A stretch of DNA of 63,270 nt, filler included, from Intoshia linei (Eukaryota; Animalia; Orthonectida), in assembly GCA_001642005.1 (NCBI GenBank). It is 4 parts of 4 records of this genome, joined end to end, with 100 filler letters (N's around TTAATTAATTAA, not from the genome) between each part and the next. Parts side by side here need not be neighbours in the genome. Positions count along the whole stretch, not along the records: positions 1 to 15,273 come from LWCA01000926.1; positions 15,374 to 27,659 come from LWCA01001091.1; 2 more parts are not named here. One strand, written 5' to 3'. Made by a program: the position numbers and the translations under genes. Under the pieces are notes generated by a model that saw only the letters and a program-made list of their open reading frames with translations, was not told the DNA's origin and ran no database searches. The stretch's first letter is position 1. Each line of letters opens with the position of its first letter. Positions 11,801 to 24,800 of this stretch are shown piece by piece.

Positions 11801-14415
11801 ATGTGATTATTATTGAGATTAATACAGCGAATATTTTCAATTTTTTCAATTTCGGTATTAGACTTATTTGATCTATAACTTGCCGATTGACTATCATAAA
11901 TTTTATCTTCAAATTCAGAATCATATTGTAAATAAGACGGGGAATATTGAACTGTTGAAAATTCGTTTAGACTTGATACTTTCATTTTAGTGGAGAGACA
12001 ATCTGTAGAAAATTTTGTGATACGATTATGACTCAAATTAATAATTTTTAGATTTGGTAAATTTGATAATACATTATTGATGACATGAATATGATTCTTT
12101 GACAGATCTATAAATTGTAACAGACTAAAGGTTGCAATAATAGATGGAACTGTTTTAAATTTATTATTACTTAATGAAAATGAATATAATTGACTCAACA
12201 TTTTTAAATCTATAGGTAATGTAGCGATTATGTTGTTTGATAAATCTAAATGTTCCAATTCCCGACAATAACATAAATTTTCACATATAAGTTCAATACT
12301 ATTGCTATGAAGAGATAAGACTTTTAAATTCAAACATCCTCTAATTGAATTTGGTACATGTTTGATATAATTGTCTGAAAAATCCAAATTACTTAAATTT
12401 ATCAAAAATCCTATATTTTCTTGAATTTCACTCAAAAGGTTATTGTTACATTTAAGGAATCTCAATTTTTTTAATTGTATTAAATCACCGTGTATTATTT
12501 CAATCTTATTTTTTGATACATCCAAATATAATAAATTTTTGAGTTTGTAAATTTCATCAGGTAGAAATTTAAATTCATTTCCATGCATATCTAGTTTTTC
12601 TAAGTTTAACATGTTTCGAAATGTTCCGGGTAAGGAGACGAGTTTATTACTTGAAATTGTCAAAATTTTTAATTTTTCAAGTTGGTTAAATTTGTTTGGT
12701 ATTCTTGTCAATTGACAGTCTGATATGTTTAGATATGTTAAATTTTTTAAATTTAATATTTCATTCATATTTTGTATTTCGTTTTCAGATATATTTAACC
12801 AATTTAAATTTTTAAAGTTTTCTAACAATTTCATGTCATTTTCACCTTTCAATCGTATGCTTTTCACATTTGAAATTTTCTAAATTATATAATTACAAAA
12901 GAAAACATATACAAATAATGTTATATATTTACTTAAATTATACTAGGTTGACTGTAATGTACTACGTACAAACAGCACCTAGCTCCGCCGAGGACACATT
13001 GTACCAAAAAAATAAATTCACGTTGAAAATTTAACTTAAAAATCTTATTATTCACTATTATCAATCCTTTAAAGGAGTTATTCCCAAACTTGTTTAAGGT
13101 GGAACCATCATATGACATTACTTTTTACTTTAAAGTGAATTATTCCATCTTAATTTTGAGTAGCATATTATATAAATAAGGATTTAATGTCTGTGTTTTT
13201 TTGTGTGCGACGCACACTGTGCTTGTTACCGTTTATTTAAAAAATTGACTGTCGCAGAATTAAAAAAACTCATTTCTAATACAATTTTCTCAGAGCGTGT
13301 TTATATCTATTTTTCACTTTCCGAATTTGAGTCGTTCAGGGTCAAAAACCCAATTTGCCCTTTTGCTTAAAAATAAAATCAGTCTAAAAATTTAATAAAA
13401 CATACAGTCTGGGAAGCGTTTTAAAATGATTAACATTGTCGTAAATCTCATCATCAGAAGTGCACACATTCATGGTCAAAACAACAAATTACTCTATGTT
13501 TAAAAAATAAACTCTGGGATAGTTGTTAAAATCATAAGCATTATAATCAATGGCAACCTCAAAAAAGTGATATGACACCACATTGAATGTCTGTCTGATA
13601 CGATTTACAGTAATCACTACTTGAGAGTTTCAAGTTGATAGAAGTTGTATGTAAACATCCACCACTCTGCAAACAGACAGAATAAGTACATGGTACAATT
13701 TTAAAACGAAATGTCAATGTCGCGAGGATGACAATTTAGTCATATCAATGAGGGGTTAAAACATGGTATAACAAACTAATGTATAAATTATGGTGCATTG
13801 GCCCATATCCCCAATCTGATTCAATATAAAATTAATATGAATAAACACTATAATCATTACCTCATTATCAATTGAGTTTATCACTTGTTTTGTTTCCTCT
13901 TCGTCAACTGCATCAATATTATTATCGATACATTGAATCGAATTATTTACATAATGAATGCAATCAACACGGTTGAAGAAATTTGAAAATTTTCCAAAAA
14001 CATTATACAGATTTGATAACACCAGTATATTATTACATTCCAATGTAATCATTGTTATATTATTTATTGGTACATTAGTCATGTTCATAATTTGCTTCAG
14101 AAAAGTTTCAATAATTTTTTCATTAAAAGAACAATTTTTAATAATTAAATTTAAATTTTCATTTTGTTTGCCTAGATTGCCTGAATTCTCGTCATCACTT
14201 TTATTTGCTTGATGAAATTTTTTTTCGATTGGATGAAAGCACACATTCAACGGTGGATAATCATAATCTAATTTAACTAATGAATCTTGAGAATTCATTG
14301 AAGTTTTCAATTGCTTTGATTCATATTCATTATAGACTTCATTTTGCAATACAGTTTTTGTATTTTCATTGTGCGTTTTTAATAAATTATAAGTATCAAT
14401 ATTTAACTTGTTCAT
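8821..14415 (-). CDS. Leucine-rich repeat and death domain-containing protein (LRRD1-like)
   Basis: Exons ~14415-13861, ~12879-11160 (about 20 LxxLxLxxN repeats plus an LENNPLKIPP cap) and ~9161-8821 (death domain: LTLNEWRVKHCKKATISELLRILKILNMDNIVKQL). GT donors are visible at 13860 and 11159. Confidence 0.82.
9207..10092. mobile_element. Non-autonomous foldback/Mutator-like element, copy 1
   Basis: Ends GGGTGACTACTTAAATCCAACC... and ...GGTTGGGTTTAAGAATATTCTC. Arms are built of ~18-bp and ~31-bp subrepeats. 9-bp TSD TCTGTTTAT (9198-9206) / TTTGTTTAT (10093-10101). Confidence 0.85.
10170..10610 (-). repeat. Dispersed Helitron-like repeat family with ~100-110 bp internal subrepeats
   Basis: Shares the AAAAAAGGGTAATTTGGGTTTTGACCGTGAA-type unit with copies at ~13166, 14812, 16126, 19372, 23040, 25920, 41730, 55534, 56400 and 61750. 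Confidence 0.6.
12943..13145 (-). repeat. 3' terminal module of the Helitron-like family
   Basis: Reverse complement of 29955-30161 and 33912-34124. Ends in hairpin TGTAC-GTA-GTACA followed by CTAG|T. Confidence 0.7.
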
Positions 14416-15118
14416 TTAAGATTTAAAGGTAGTTTCTATTAATATTTATGAATCACCATACGTTAATGTTTCCAATATTGGTTTTATTATTTTTTATGAT
14501 AATGCTTAATGATTGTCCTCATTTTTAAGATTTTAATTGCAACATGAATATTAAACAATACATGAAAAAATAAGTTATATTTAACTATTGTACAATTTCA
14601 ATTTACCTTATTATAGTTGCAATGCATTGTTATTCAAGAATGTGACTTGATTACAATATATGAATTTGTAAATATAGATAAAAGAACTAAGCATACTTTA
14701 TAATTACAAGTTAAGTTTTAATTAAAAGTTTACTACATTTAGGTAGTTTTAAAAATTTATGATTATGGAAATACAATCAGACCTCTCAATACTGCCACTA
14801 TATTTATTATTATCCTAACTTATATAATATGCTACGCGATTTTTGTTTGTGTGAGTATGTGTCTCTGTGTGTAACGCTTTATTGACATAACTACCCGTCT
14901 TAGAATTTTATAAAGTCCACATTTCAGTTACAGTTTTTTTCGTGACGTATAAGATAAATTTAAATCTCTCAATTTTACATCTTACGGGTCAAAAACCCCT
15001 GTTGTCCTTCTTTTTGAAAATCAAACGAGTTGGAGAATTTAAAAAAATATATACGCTAATGCAGATTTTAAAATTTTATTATAAAACTACAACAACTAAA
15101 AGTACAAATTTGTTATTA

Positions 15119-15273
15119 CAGTCCGACCCCGCTTTCGGGCAAACCTCGATGTGGGGCATACTTGTGTTTTGGGGCACTTTTTTAGAATTATGTTAATTTT
15201 ATAATATTTAAATTGGTGCCATAGCAATATATGTGAAATTAACCCCGCTTTTGGGGCAAAAATGTTGTAAATA
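15119..15273 (+). mobile_element. pogo/Tigger-like left terminus, truncated by gap
   Basis: TA|CAGTCCGACCCCGCTTTCGGGCA with an internal repeat of the motif at ~15242 (ACCCCGCTTTTGGGGCA). Confidence 0.5.
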
Positions 15274-15373
15274 NNNNNNNNNNNNNNNNNNNNNNNNNNN
15301 NNNNNNNNNNNNNNNNNTTAATTAATTAANNNNNNNNNNNNNNNNNNNNNNNNNNNNNNNNNNNNNNNNNNNN
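15274..15373. other. Artificial contig spacer N44-TTAATTAATTAA-N44
   Basis: Exactly 100 nt; the core has stop codons in all six frames; identical spacers at 27660 and 49295. Confidence 0.97.
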
Positions 15374-16124
15374 TCAGTGAAGCTTATATTTTTCCATTGG
15401 TTCGTCCATGCCACTTTTTATTTACACCTTTTAAAACGGTTTGTTATGTGAAATTTTTTAAGAAACTGTTTTCGACTTGCAATTCTTCCATAAATCCAAA
15501 TCTATATAACACATTTTGAACCGTCTTTAAACTAAGCTTTTTTGTAATGATGGAGTGTATTTTAACCTTTAATACTGTCAATCAAGGGTTTTTTTTTGAT
15601 TCCCTTATAATAATAGTTTCTTCTCTGGCTGTCAGCATGCGTTTTCCGTTTGATTTTGAGAAGTAAGTTATGCATACAAACGTTTTGTATAATTTAATAA
15701 TATGTTGAAACGTACATCGAGAACTACTAAAGGTTTTACTTATAAAACCCTGACTTTTTTCTTCCTTACATTAAGACACGGCATTATATTTTTTTGTCAC
15801 TGATTCGCGTCATTTACTAAATAAATAGTTATTTTTAATTTATAGATTATTAATAATTCATTACCTTTTTCGTTTTTGTGGATATTTAATTGAAATTATC
15901 AAGGTGCCTAAGACTTATATCGTCAATATTTTTAATATCGCAAACAAAACCGTATTAAAATGTATCTTTTATAAGTACTTTATGACATCAGCATCGTATA
16001 TATATTGGTGAGGTCATTCTTTAATTAGTCTGATATTTAATTTCAAGTTTAAGATTCGCCTTATTTACTTTATAGTGGTTTTTAATGAGAATGTGTAGGT
16101 GTCTAAGATTTATGTCGCGCACTG
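15374..16124 (-). mobile_element. Tc1-like transposon 5' half (IR/DR type), degenerate
   Basis: TA|CAGTGCGCGACATAAATCTTAGACACC TIR at 16098-16124 with an inner repeat at ~15902-15925. Transposase remnants: GKRMLTAREETIIIRESKKNP, SLKTVQNVL, WTNQWKNISFT. Confidence 0.75.
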
Positions 16125-17431
16125 TATATTAAAAATTACTTTTCACCGGGAATGTGTAGATTTCAGGGTTTGAATTTTATATTTATATCAATTGGAATAA
16201 GCCGGATCAGAATAATCTACTTTTTTATTTTAGGACCGTTAATTATTTGAAATTTTTTGTTTTTTTCAATATAATAGTATCGAAATAAAAAAATGAATAT
16301 TAAAGTGTTTTTTTGACCGTGAAGGCGTCACTTTGAAATTTTATATATGTTTACCGGATATATTAGGATATCATAGTTGTATCAACTGTAATTTTTTTTA
16401 AATTTTAGGATTATTTTTTCAAAAAAGGTAATCTGTGGTTTTGGTCATGAAAATACACTTTTTTGAAGTTGAAATCTGCCATACTGTACCACTCTCGAAA
16501 GAATGTCGAAAAAATGCATTAAAAATTCGTTTTTAAAATCTATCCAAGAGTTTATGTTTTTTTAAATTTTAGGGTTATTTTATTTTTAAGGACAATCTAA
16601 TCATTGGATTCTAATGTCATTGTATTTAAAATAAATATTAGTAAATATGTATTTGTCGATAGAATACTGTATATTGCTTGTCAAATAAAAATACATGTTT
16701 TCATTTGCCAGGGGTCCACATTGACTAGGTTTGGAAAACGGTCAAAATTTATCTATAAGTTATTAATTAAAGTAATTAAATATTTCGAAAATATAAATTA
16801 ATTTAGTTGTTTTGACCCCGTAAAATAATAAAAATATCAATAAAATTGAAATAAATATAAACATTACAAAATATTTATTTAAATTTAGTATAATTGTCAT
16901 TAAACGAGTTAGTTCGAAAAACCTTTAAAAATTTACATATAATGTACATACATTGATAAGCCCATTTACTTATACAATGCTTTCCCAATCGGAACTTTTG
17001 ACAACATGACGGACATGAAAATGAGACCATGCATATTTTGTTGTATTACCCAATCTAAGTTTAATTAAATGTAAGGTTAAGAATACTTGAAAATTTTAAT
17101 AAATATATTATTTTATTTAGCTTATCAAGTATTTAATTTTACATTGAATCCAAATTTCACACTCAAAGAGAATAAACCTAGACGTGTAATTTAAATATTT
17201 GACGCGTATTAATTTTTAGTTTGATTTCAATGACTCCATTGTATACAGATCCGAGAAAGACATTGAAACTGCAGTAATTAATCCGTTTAATTAGTTAAAT
17301 TAACTTGTATAGTATGAATATTCAACTCATTTTGAGGATTTCATACGGCACAAATATAAATGGTGAATTTAAACAATCCATATTTGTTATTATAAAATAA
17401 ATTCTACATATCTATCTAAACATTTTTCGTA

Positions 17432-18093
17432 ATGCGCTCTTTTCAATACATTTTTCTAATATCAGTTTTCTACATTTTTGCATCAACTGAAACAAAAGAA
17501 AAAGGTATTTAATTTACATTTTAAATCAAATCAAATAATATTTAGACGATACAAATGATCCATGGGAAATGGTTTTCAAGAAACAGGACGAAGAAAAGAA
17601 CGATGACGTCGAGAAGCGTAAATTAAGTTTAACCAACTCTAATGTAGTGAATAGGACTGAAAAAACACTAACCAAAACTGAAAATATACTCGACCCGGAA
17701 GTAACCACATCTCACAAAAGAACATTTTATCATTTGATTCATGATCCTTTAAGAGTGTTGAAGAGAGGAATGACTGACGATGAAATTTTGAAACTGATTT
17801 ACAGAGACCACGATGATAATTATCATGGACAATCGGAAACGATAAATCATAAAATTCTACCATACTGGTCAAATAAATTACACCACAATGTTCATTACAG
17901 GCCCCACAGACATCATGACAATTATCATTACAGGAATCATAGACATCATGACAATTATCATTACCGGCCTTATGAGAATCATGCGTATTGGAATTATTAC
18001 AAACCTCATTATCATAATTACTATCAACATTCACATTATCCATCAAGATATCGACCAGCAAGAAGCTACTATAATGAATATTCATATTATTAG
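17432..18093 (+). CDS. Secreted His/Tyr/Asn-rich precursor protein (orphan, ~206 aa)
   Basis: Exon 1 (17432-17504) gives MRSFQYIFLISVFYIFASTETKEK, a signal-peptide-like start. A 41-nt GT-AG intron joins in phase to the 17546-18093 ORF. KR sites and a duplicated HRHHDNYHYR unit are present. Confidence 0.8.
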
Positions 18094-18136
18094 TTATAGT
18101 TTAATTAAACGTTTAATGTACACTATCTTTGATCAA

Positions 18137-18704
18137 TCATCGTCGAATTTGATATGGTGGTCTAGTTGGAGGACGCAGAGGACCAGTGTCTAGACGAAAA
18201 TTAAATTATATAAAATGAAACAATACTTTTTATCAACAAGGCTTGCTTTCTCGCCTCCGCAGCTCGCTCCTTAGTTTCAGCCAACGTTGGCGGTTTCATA
18301 CGTTTAAACATTGGTGCGTTTTTCAACATACCAGGTAAAATAATAAAATTTATTTTACTGCCTCTTATAAAAATTGTGTCAACGTGAGTGACTTTCCCAT
18401 CCCTAAATGTTTTTGATACGTCAACCATCAAAACATTCATGTTATCTTCAGCTCCAACCAACTTTCCACGGTAAACCTAGGTTAAAAATGATTAAATAGT
18501 ATTTTTGCTAGTTTTATAAAATTTCATCTGTCCATACAAAATTTTTTTCATTTTACAAATTTGAAACTTGAAATTTAGTTAAAATGTTTTCATTGGAATA
18601 TTTATACTATGTAAATTAATATTTACTTCATTTATTCTCGTTTCAACCGTCACAGTTAACCCTTGTGCTTCATGTAAGACTTTTATTGGTATTCCGACAG
18701 ACAT
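18137..18704 (-). CDS. SNRPD3: Small nuclear ribonucleoprotein Sm D3
   Basis: Exons 18704-18627 ([21 protein letters not shown]), 18476-18227 ([14 protein letters not shown]...[24 protein letters not shown]) and 18189-18137; all splice phases are consistent. Confidence 0.95.
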
Positions 18705-18832
18705 TTGAAATTAAATTTATTTGATCGCGACAATAAAATGTATTGAACATGGTAACCGATATTTTTTTTAGATTTCAAACAAACTTTATATTTTTATCTT
18801 CACGTGAATTTGTGATATTGTAAATAAATATC
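18705..18832. promoter_or_regulatory. Putative bidirectional promoter between SNRPD3 and RRP5
   Basis: 128 nt between divergent ATGs; contains palindromes TCGCGA (~18725) and TCACGTGA (~18800). Confidence 0.55.
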
Positions 18833-21800
18833 ATGTCAATTTTCTTAGATTCTACTAAGCCTTTACCACGTAAAATCAAGAAACGGAAAAAGGAAAAAGA
18901 TGATGTGGAAAAGCCAAAAAAGGTTATCTAGTTGATGAATAGAAATTATTGAATATCCAAAATGTTAACTTTTGAATGTCGCAAACTAGCCACCTAACGT
19001 GACTAGTCTTGGATTTATAATATATTAGTTAGGTTGAATGGTTGTGGTTAACATTTAATTTGAAATAACATTGTTAAGGAAACTGGAAAAAACAATGACA
19101 TTTTATTTCAGATTTTAACTTTTTTCTCTATATCAACTATAAACGGCGGGTGCACAACCTGGATTTAACCTCAATGTCAAATATTTTGTGCGGCCGTAGT
19201 ATCAATGAGAAAGTAACTTTACTGCTGAATTGGTGGAAAGGTTTGTGCACCCCTGAACTAGAATAAACTGTTAAGAATTATTATTTTTCTTAAATTATTA
19301 AACCTATTTTTATTTTATGAAATAATTTCCAAACAATAATAGTCAATACACAATATACAACTTTGCACTGTAGGTGATTTGGGTTTTGGCCATGAAAATA
19401 CTACTTTTTGAGGTTGAAATCTGCCATACTGTACCACTCTCGAAAAAATGCATTAAAAATTCGTTTTTAAAATTTTTAAAGTCTAGAATTCTTAATTATA
19501 CGGTAACAGACATTAAATTTTACATAATTAAACGATTTTAGTATTTTTAACTCTAGACAACTAAAAGTATTAAATAATTAACAATATAAAAGACATTTTT
19601 ACATTTTTAACCAATATTTGAAAACAGTTTAGAAAATTTATTTACGGTGACTATATTGTATATGATTAATAATTTTAAAATCACTGCCTATCCCATACAG
19701 GTGATAATTAAAATTCGAAAAAATTAACTTAATTTTCAACTTATGATTTTAATTTAATTGATTTATCGTAGATCCATTAATTTCTTCATATATTTTTTGT
19801 TTTGACCAATTTGTATGTAATCTTTTATATAGTTGAAAAAAGACGAAGCCCCATCATCGATATATTTCAATACAAGTTTTTGTCGTCTAAGCAAGACAAA
19901 CATTTCGGCAAGTCAATTAGTTTTAGGTTGTGTAAAAGACGTTAAAGATACAGGAATCGGTGTTTCATTGCCGAATGGTTTAGAAGGATTTATTTCAATA
20001 GTGAACATTTCTGATCAATTTAATGTATTAGTAAAACAAGAAAAAATGGAAATTATATTAAATTTACTCGAATCTATAAAAATCGGTCAAATAATTCCTT
20101 GTAAATGTGTGAAAACTCAAGATAAACACCCTCACATTATTTTAACAGCTTTGCCTAGTGAAATCTACGGAACGTGTAGAAATACAGATATTGATAAGGG
20201 AATAGTATTTAATAGCGTATTGAAGTCAAAAGAAGACTATTTTTACATTATGGATGTTGGCATCAATAACATTTCAGCAGTCGTCAAAAAAGAGGATGTT
20301 TTAAATTTCAGCAAACGGTACAATCAAAAAATTACGATTGGCTCTACAATCCCGTGTATTTTAGATCAACGCGATGGTAGAACCTTGAAATGCAACATAA
20401 ACAAAAACATGATATTGCAAACTCGTATAAAACCAAGTGTGTCATTTGATTCAATCATTCCTGGTTGTCGGTGTAATGTGACTATCGAGCAAACAACTAA
20501 GAAGGGCTTGATCGTCAAGTTTGGTAATTTTTGTGGTTTTATTTTAACAGGAAATTTGCACAATTCTGTCGATGATTATACAATTGGGAAATCAATTGGC
20601 GCAATAGTGCTCTACCCTCTTTCAATGTCTAAAGAAATTTCTTTTTCCAATAAACCTCATTTATTAAATTTGGATTATGCTGATTTCGTTTATTCCAATT
20701 ACAAATATGGAAACGTTCTTAGTAATGTGAAAATCAACGCAGTTACGGACAATGGAATTTTGTGTTTGAAAAAACGGATTACTGACGATAAGCAAATATT
20801 AGATCGAATTTTTATACATAATCATCAGATTGACAATGAATCTAGTGGTCTAAAATTAAAATCAAAAAAAATTATATGCCGAATAATTAATTTTAATTTG
20901 CTTCAGAATGAAATTATAGCATCAATGAAAAAAAGTGTTATAGAGAGAAAATTTATGAACTATAATGATGTTACCGTTGGAATAGTTGTGAATGTGCAAA
21001 TAGAAAAGATATTGCCTAAAAATTCAATAAAAGTAAAACTTTCACCGGGTATATATGGAATTGTACCATATTTTTTGGTTTGCGACAGACCGAGTGATTT
21101 AACAATGCAACAATGTGTAACCAATTTTTTAGACGATGTGGATGTTACTAAAACCTTACAGGCTAAGGTTTTGTCCATTGACTATGATGAAAAGCGCATT
21201 TTGTTGAGTTTCAAGAAAAGTTTCATTAACGGAAAACTTGCAAATATAACTGAAATCTCGGAAGACATTTTGAATGTAATTACAGTAGGGTACGTAAAAT
21301 TGATCAAACCAAACGGGTTAGTGGTGGAGTTTTTAAATGAACTTAGAGGTTGGTTGCCGTCAAATGAATTGAAGCAATGCTCCAATTTAAAAAGTAGATA
21401 TACGTGTGGCGACACAATTCACGCCAAAATTAAGTTTGTCGATGTAACTTCCGGTATTATTAAACTTGGGTTGAATTTTAAAGAAATTAAATGCTCTATC
21501 GGATCGGAAGAAATTGAAAAGTCAGTGCACGTGGGTGAGATTTACAAATGCCAGGTTATTAAGAAAAACCAAACTGGGTTATTTTTGTCTTTACACGTTA
21601 ATGATTTGAAAAGTTTGATTGGCTTTTGCCCTATATATTTACTATCGGATAATTCCGATAATGCTTTATACTTTTACAATTTGATAGGTGTTGATGATGT
21701 AGTGGACTTTGTAGTTTTACGAATTTATCCTAATTTGATTGTAACTTGTCGAAACAGTTTTATGTCCAAAATTGGAACGTTTTATCCTGGTTTTGTGTCC

Positions 21801-24800
21801 AAAATTTCTCAACGAATGATCAATGTAACCACTTGGGCTGGAAAAATAATTAATGTCGTTAACAAAGATTGTGAATTAAATGAAAATTTAATTCCTATTG
21901 ATTACTTGAAAGCCAAACAAGCTGTTTTGTGTCAGGTTAATTCCAAAATTGATAAATTTTCGAGGTTTACACGTTTTTTAAAAGGAAAGATTCCGAATAA
22001 TGCCACGGTTGAATTAAATGAACCCATTAACATTAATTCGTTATTCAGTTTATCTCATTCCCATTTATTAACAAATAAATGTGACTCGGCGATAGAATAT
22101 ATTCGCCTGTCTTCTTTAGTGTCTACGTTTACTTCATTATTTTCCAAATTTAAAAGAATTATACAAAAGTATCCTATAGGTACTGAGATGGCTGTTACTT
22201 TCAAAAGGCACGACAAAATGTTGAATGAATCCATTTTTACCAACCAAGACGGTAAGTTTTATGTAAAGGGAGAACCGCGAGAGAAGTCATGCAAGTTTCA
22301 TCACGTGGTTTGGTGTGATTTTGATAAACACAAAATTTATTTAGCGCCATTTGAGAAGACGCAAAATATATTAGAACCCATTGTAAACGGTGTTTATCCT
22401 GCCAAAATAATTTTTATTCATAATGATGTATATGTTGCACAAATAAATGATAGTTTCTTATCGTATAGTTCTGTTAAATCTCACATTAATGATTGCATAT
22501 CTAATGTTGAATTAAATGATACCATTAATATCAAACTTCACACTAAAACGCCTTTTGAAAATGTATTCATACACGTCAAAAGTTTAGAAAACGAAACTGT
22601 TTGTAGTTTTATTGAAAATTTGAATGTTGAGTGTGTCGACGAAATTGAAAATGTTAATGATGACAAAGTCAAGTTTGATTGGGATGATAGTGAATTTAAG
22701 TTGTTTAATGAATCTAATTCGGATTCCGAATCTAGTGCTGTGATAGAATCAAAACCATCAAAGGGTTCGACTTTATTTATTGAGAAACACGAAAAATTGA
22801 CCGATAAAGAAATTTATTTACAAGAGTCAAAACTTGTGGATCCTCATTTTGAACCAGCGACAGTTGAAGATTTTGAAAAATTTGTGTTGGCTGAACCAAA
22901 CAATTCGATAAATTGGATTAAATATGTAGCTTACTATGCGGGCATGGATGATATTAATATGGCTAGAAGCGTTTGTGAAAAAGGGATTCAAACTATTAAT
23001 TACAAGTAAAATATTTATTGTATTACTACGTGTTACTTATAAAACTATCCAACAATTTATGTTGGATAAAAATTTAGGGTTTTTTCATTTTTAAAAAAAG
23101 GTATTTGTGGTTTTATCGTGAAAATGCATTTTGTGAAGTGACCATTTATGATAATGCATATGATTTTAAAATCTTTATCAGATTTTGTATTTTTTATAAT
23201 TATGAAACGGTTTTAATTTAAAAAAAGGATTATTGGTGTTATATGTGTGTTTAAAATCCATCAGCGGATTTTGGTAAATTAGATCTCGAATTTTAGAAGT
23301 TTTTATAATAAAAATAAATATACAATTTTGATTCTAATTTTTTTTAAAATTTTTGGACGATTAAATTTATATTAAAGTTTAAAATTACATAAAATAAACA
23401 ATATAGTAAAATGTTTTTTTAATCGTGAAGATCTTAGATGCTTTGATCTTAAAGATGCTAATCTCAGATAATAAGATTAATAAAACTACATTAATAATAT
23501 CTCTCATGAATTGCCACTATGACTATAATTTTGATATTGAAAGTTCGGTTAATGAATTTGCAATACTTAAATTAGGTCTTAATCTAAGAAGATTCGACCC
23601 AATTGATTTATTATTATTTAATGAACAAAATTAATTTTTTTTTGTGCTGATCATTATTTTTATTTTTGCGAAAAAAAACAAATTTGGAAACTCTTGTATA
23701 ACAACCTTTAAATGTAATTAAAAGAGATGCTTTAAAATTAAAGTAGACGCCTCTAAAAAATGTATATATTTTATATATTGCTCGCATCCCATTAACTAGC
23801 CTCTGGGTGTGAATTTTTTCACTTTTTTGCGAAAATACAAAAGTCCCACCACATACGTGGAATATGGGGTTGATTAATACACATATATCAAAAAATTATA
23901 TAAAAAGGATTAAAAAAACCCTGGGCAAAACACTTTAAAATATGAATAATGAGAAAATCAATGACATTTGAAATTTATGAATTTTAAGCTTTAAATTTTA
24001 GTGTTTTTTAACATTTCAAAAGTGAAATTTTTTGCTTTCAATTTTAAAAATCAGCATAGTCTCGTAAGGGTTAATACGTGACAATCATAAAATTAAATTT
24101 AAAATAATTATATCCAATAAAAATAAAATATCAAAGAAAGTTGCGATCTTTGATGTTTCTATAATGGAAAATATTTTTTGATTTATATTTTTATTAGTGG
24201 CAATAAATCTATTAGAAAATAATAAATATTCACATTACATTATTAAAATTAAATTAAACAATTTAAAATACAAATTAAATAAAGTAAGAAAATTTGAGTT
24301 TATATCACTCGTTACATTATAATTTGTTTACAAAATTTTTAATGGGCTATTTTTCATTTTTGAAGTGGCGACGGGCTTGCTATGTTCAATTCCGGAAACT
24401 ACAATCGAACTAAGTTAAATCGTTACATAGATTAAATTTAACGCATGTGAAAATTATTCACGTTATTCAATAAATTTTCACTTCATTTTGATTAAATGAT
24501 GTTTACGAACACTAATAATAATAATAAATGATTGATACAATTATAATTTATTGTTATTGTTAAAAAAAGGTTATCTTCATTTTATTTAAAATTTTTTTTG
24601 TGGACCATCAGTAGTCCATGTAGACCATTTTGGGAACCACTGTCCTAAATGCATGCTAAAAAAATTAAATAAAAATTATGGAAATATTCGCAGTGGACAA
24701 AGCTAGTCACTGTTTGAAGAAAGTACAATAATCAAACTAGGATATCAATAAAATAACATGGAAACGTACGCTGTCTTAAATTAAGTCGACATCTATAGAC

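Noticed and set aside
17639-18193. Overlapping antisense and alternate-frame ORFs over the His/Tyr gene
   Set aside because: By-products of CAT/TAT-rich repetitive codons; no independent coding signal.
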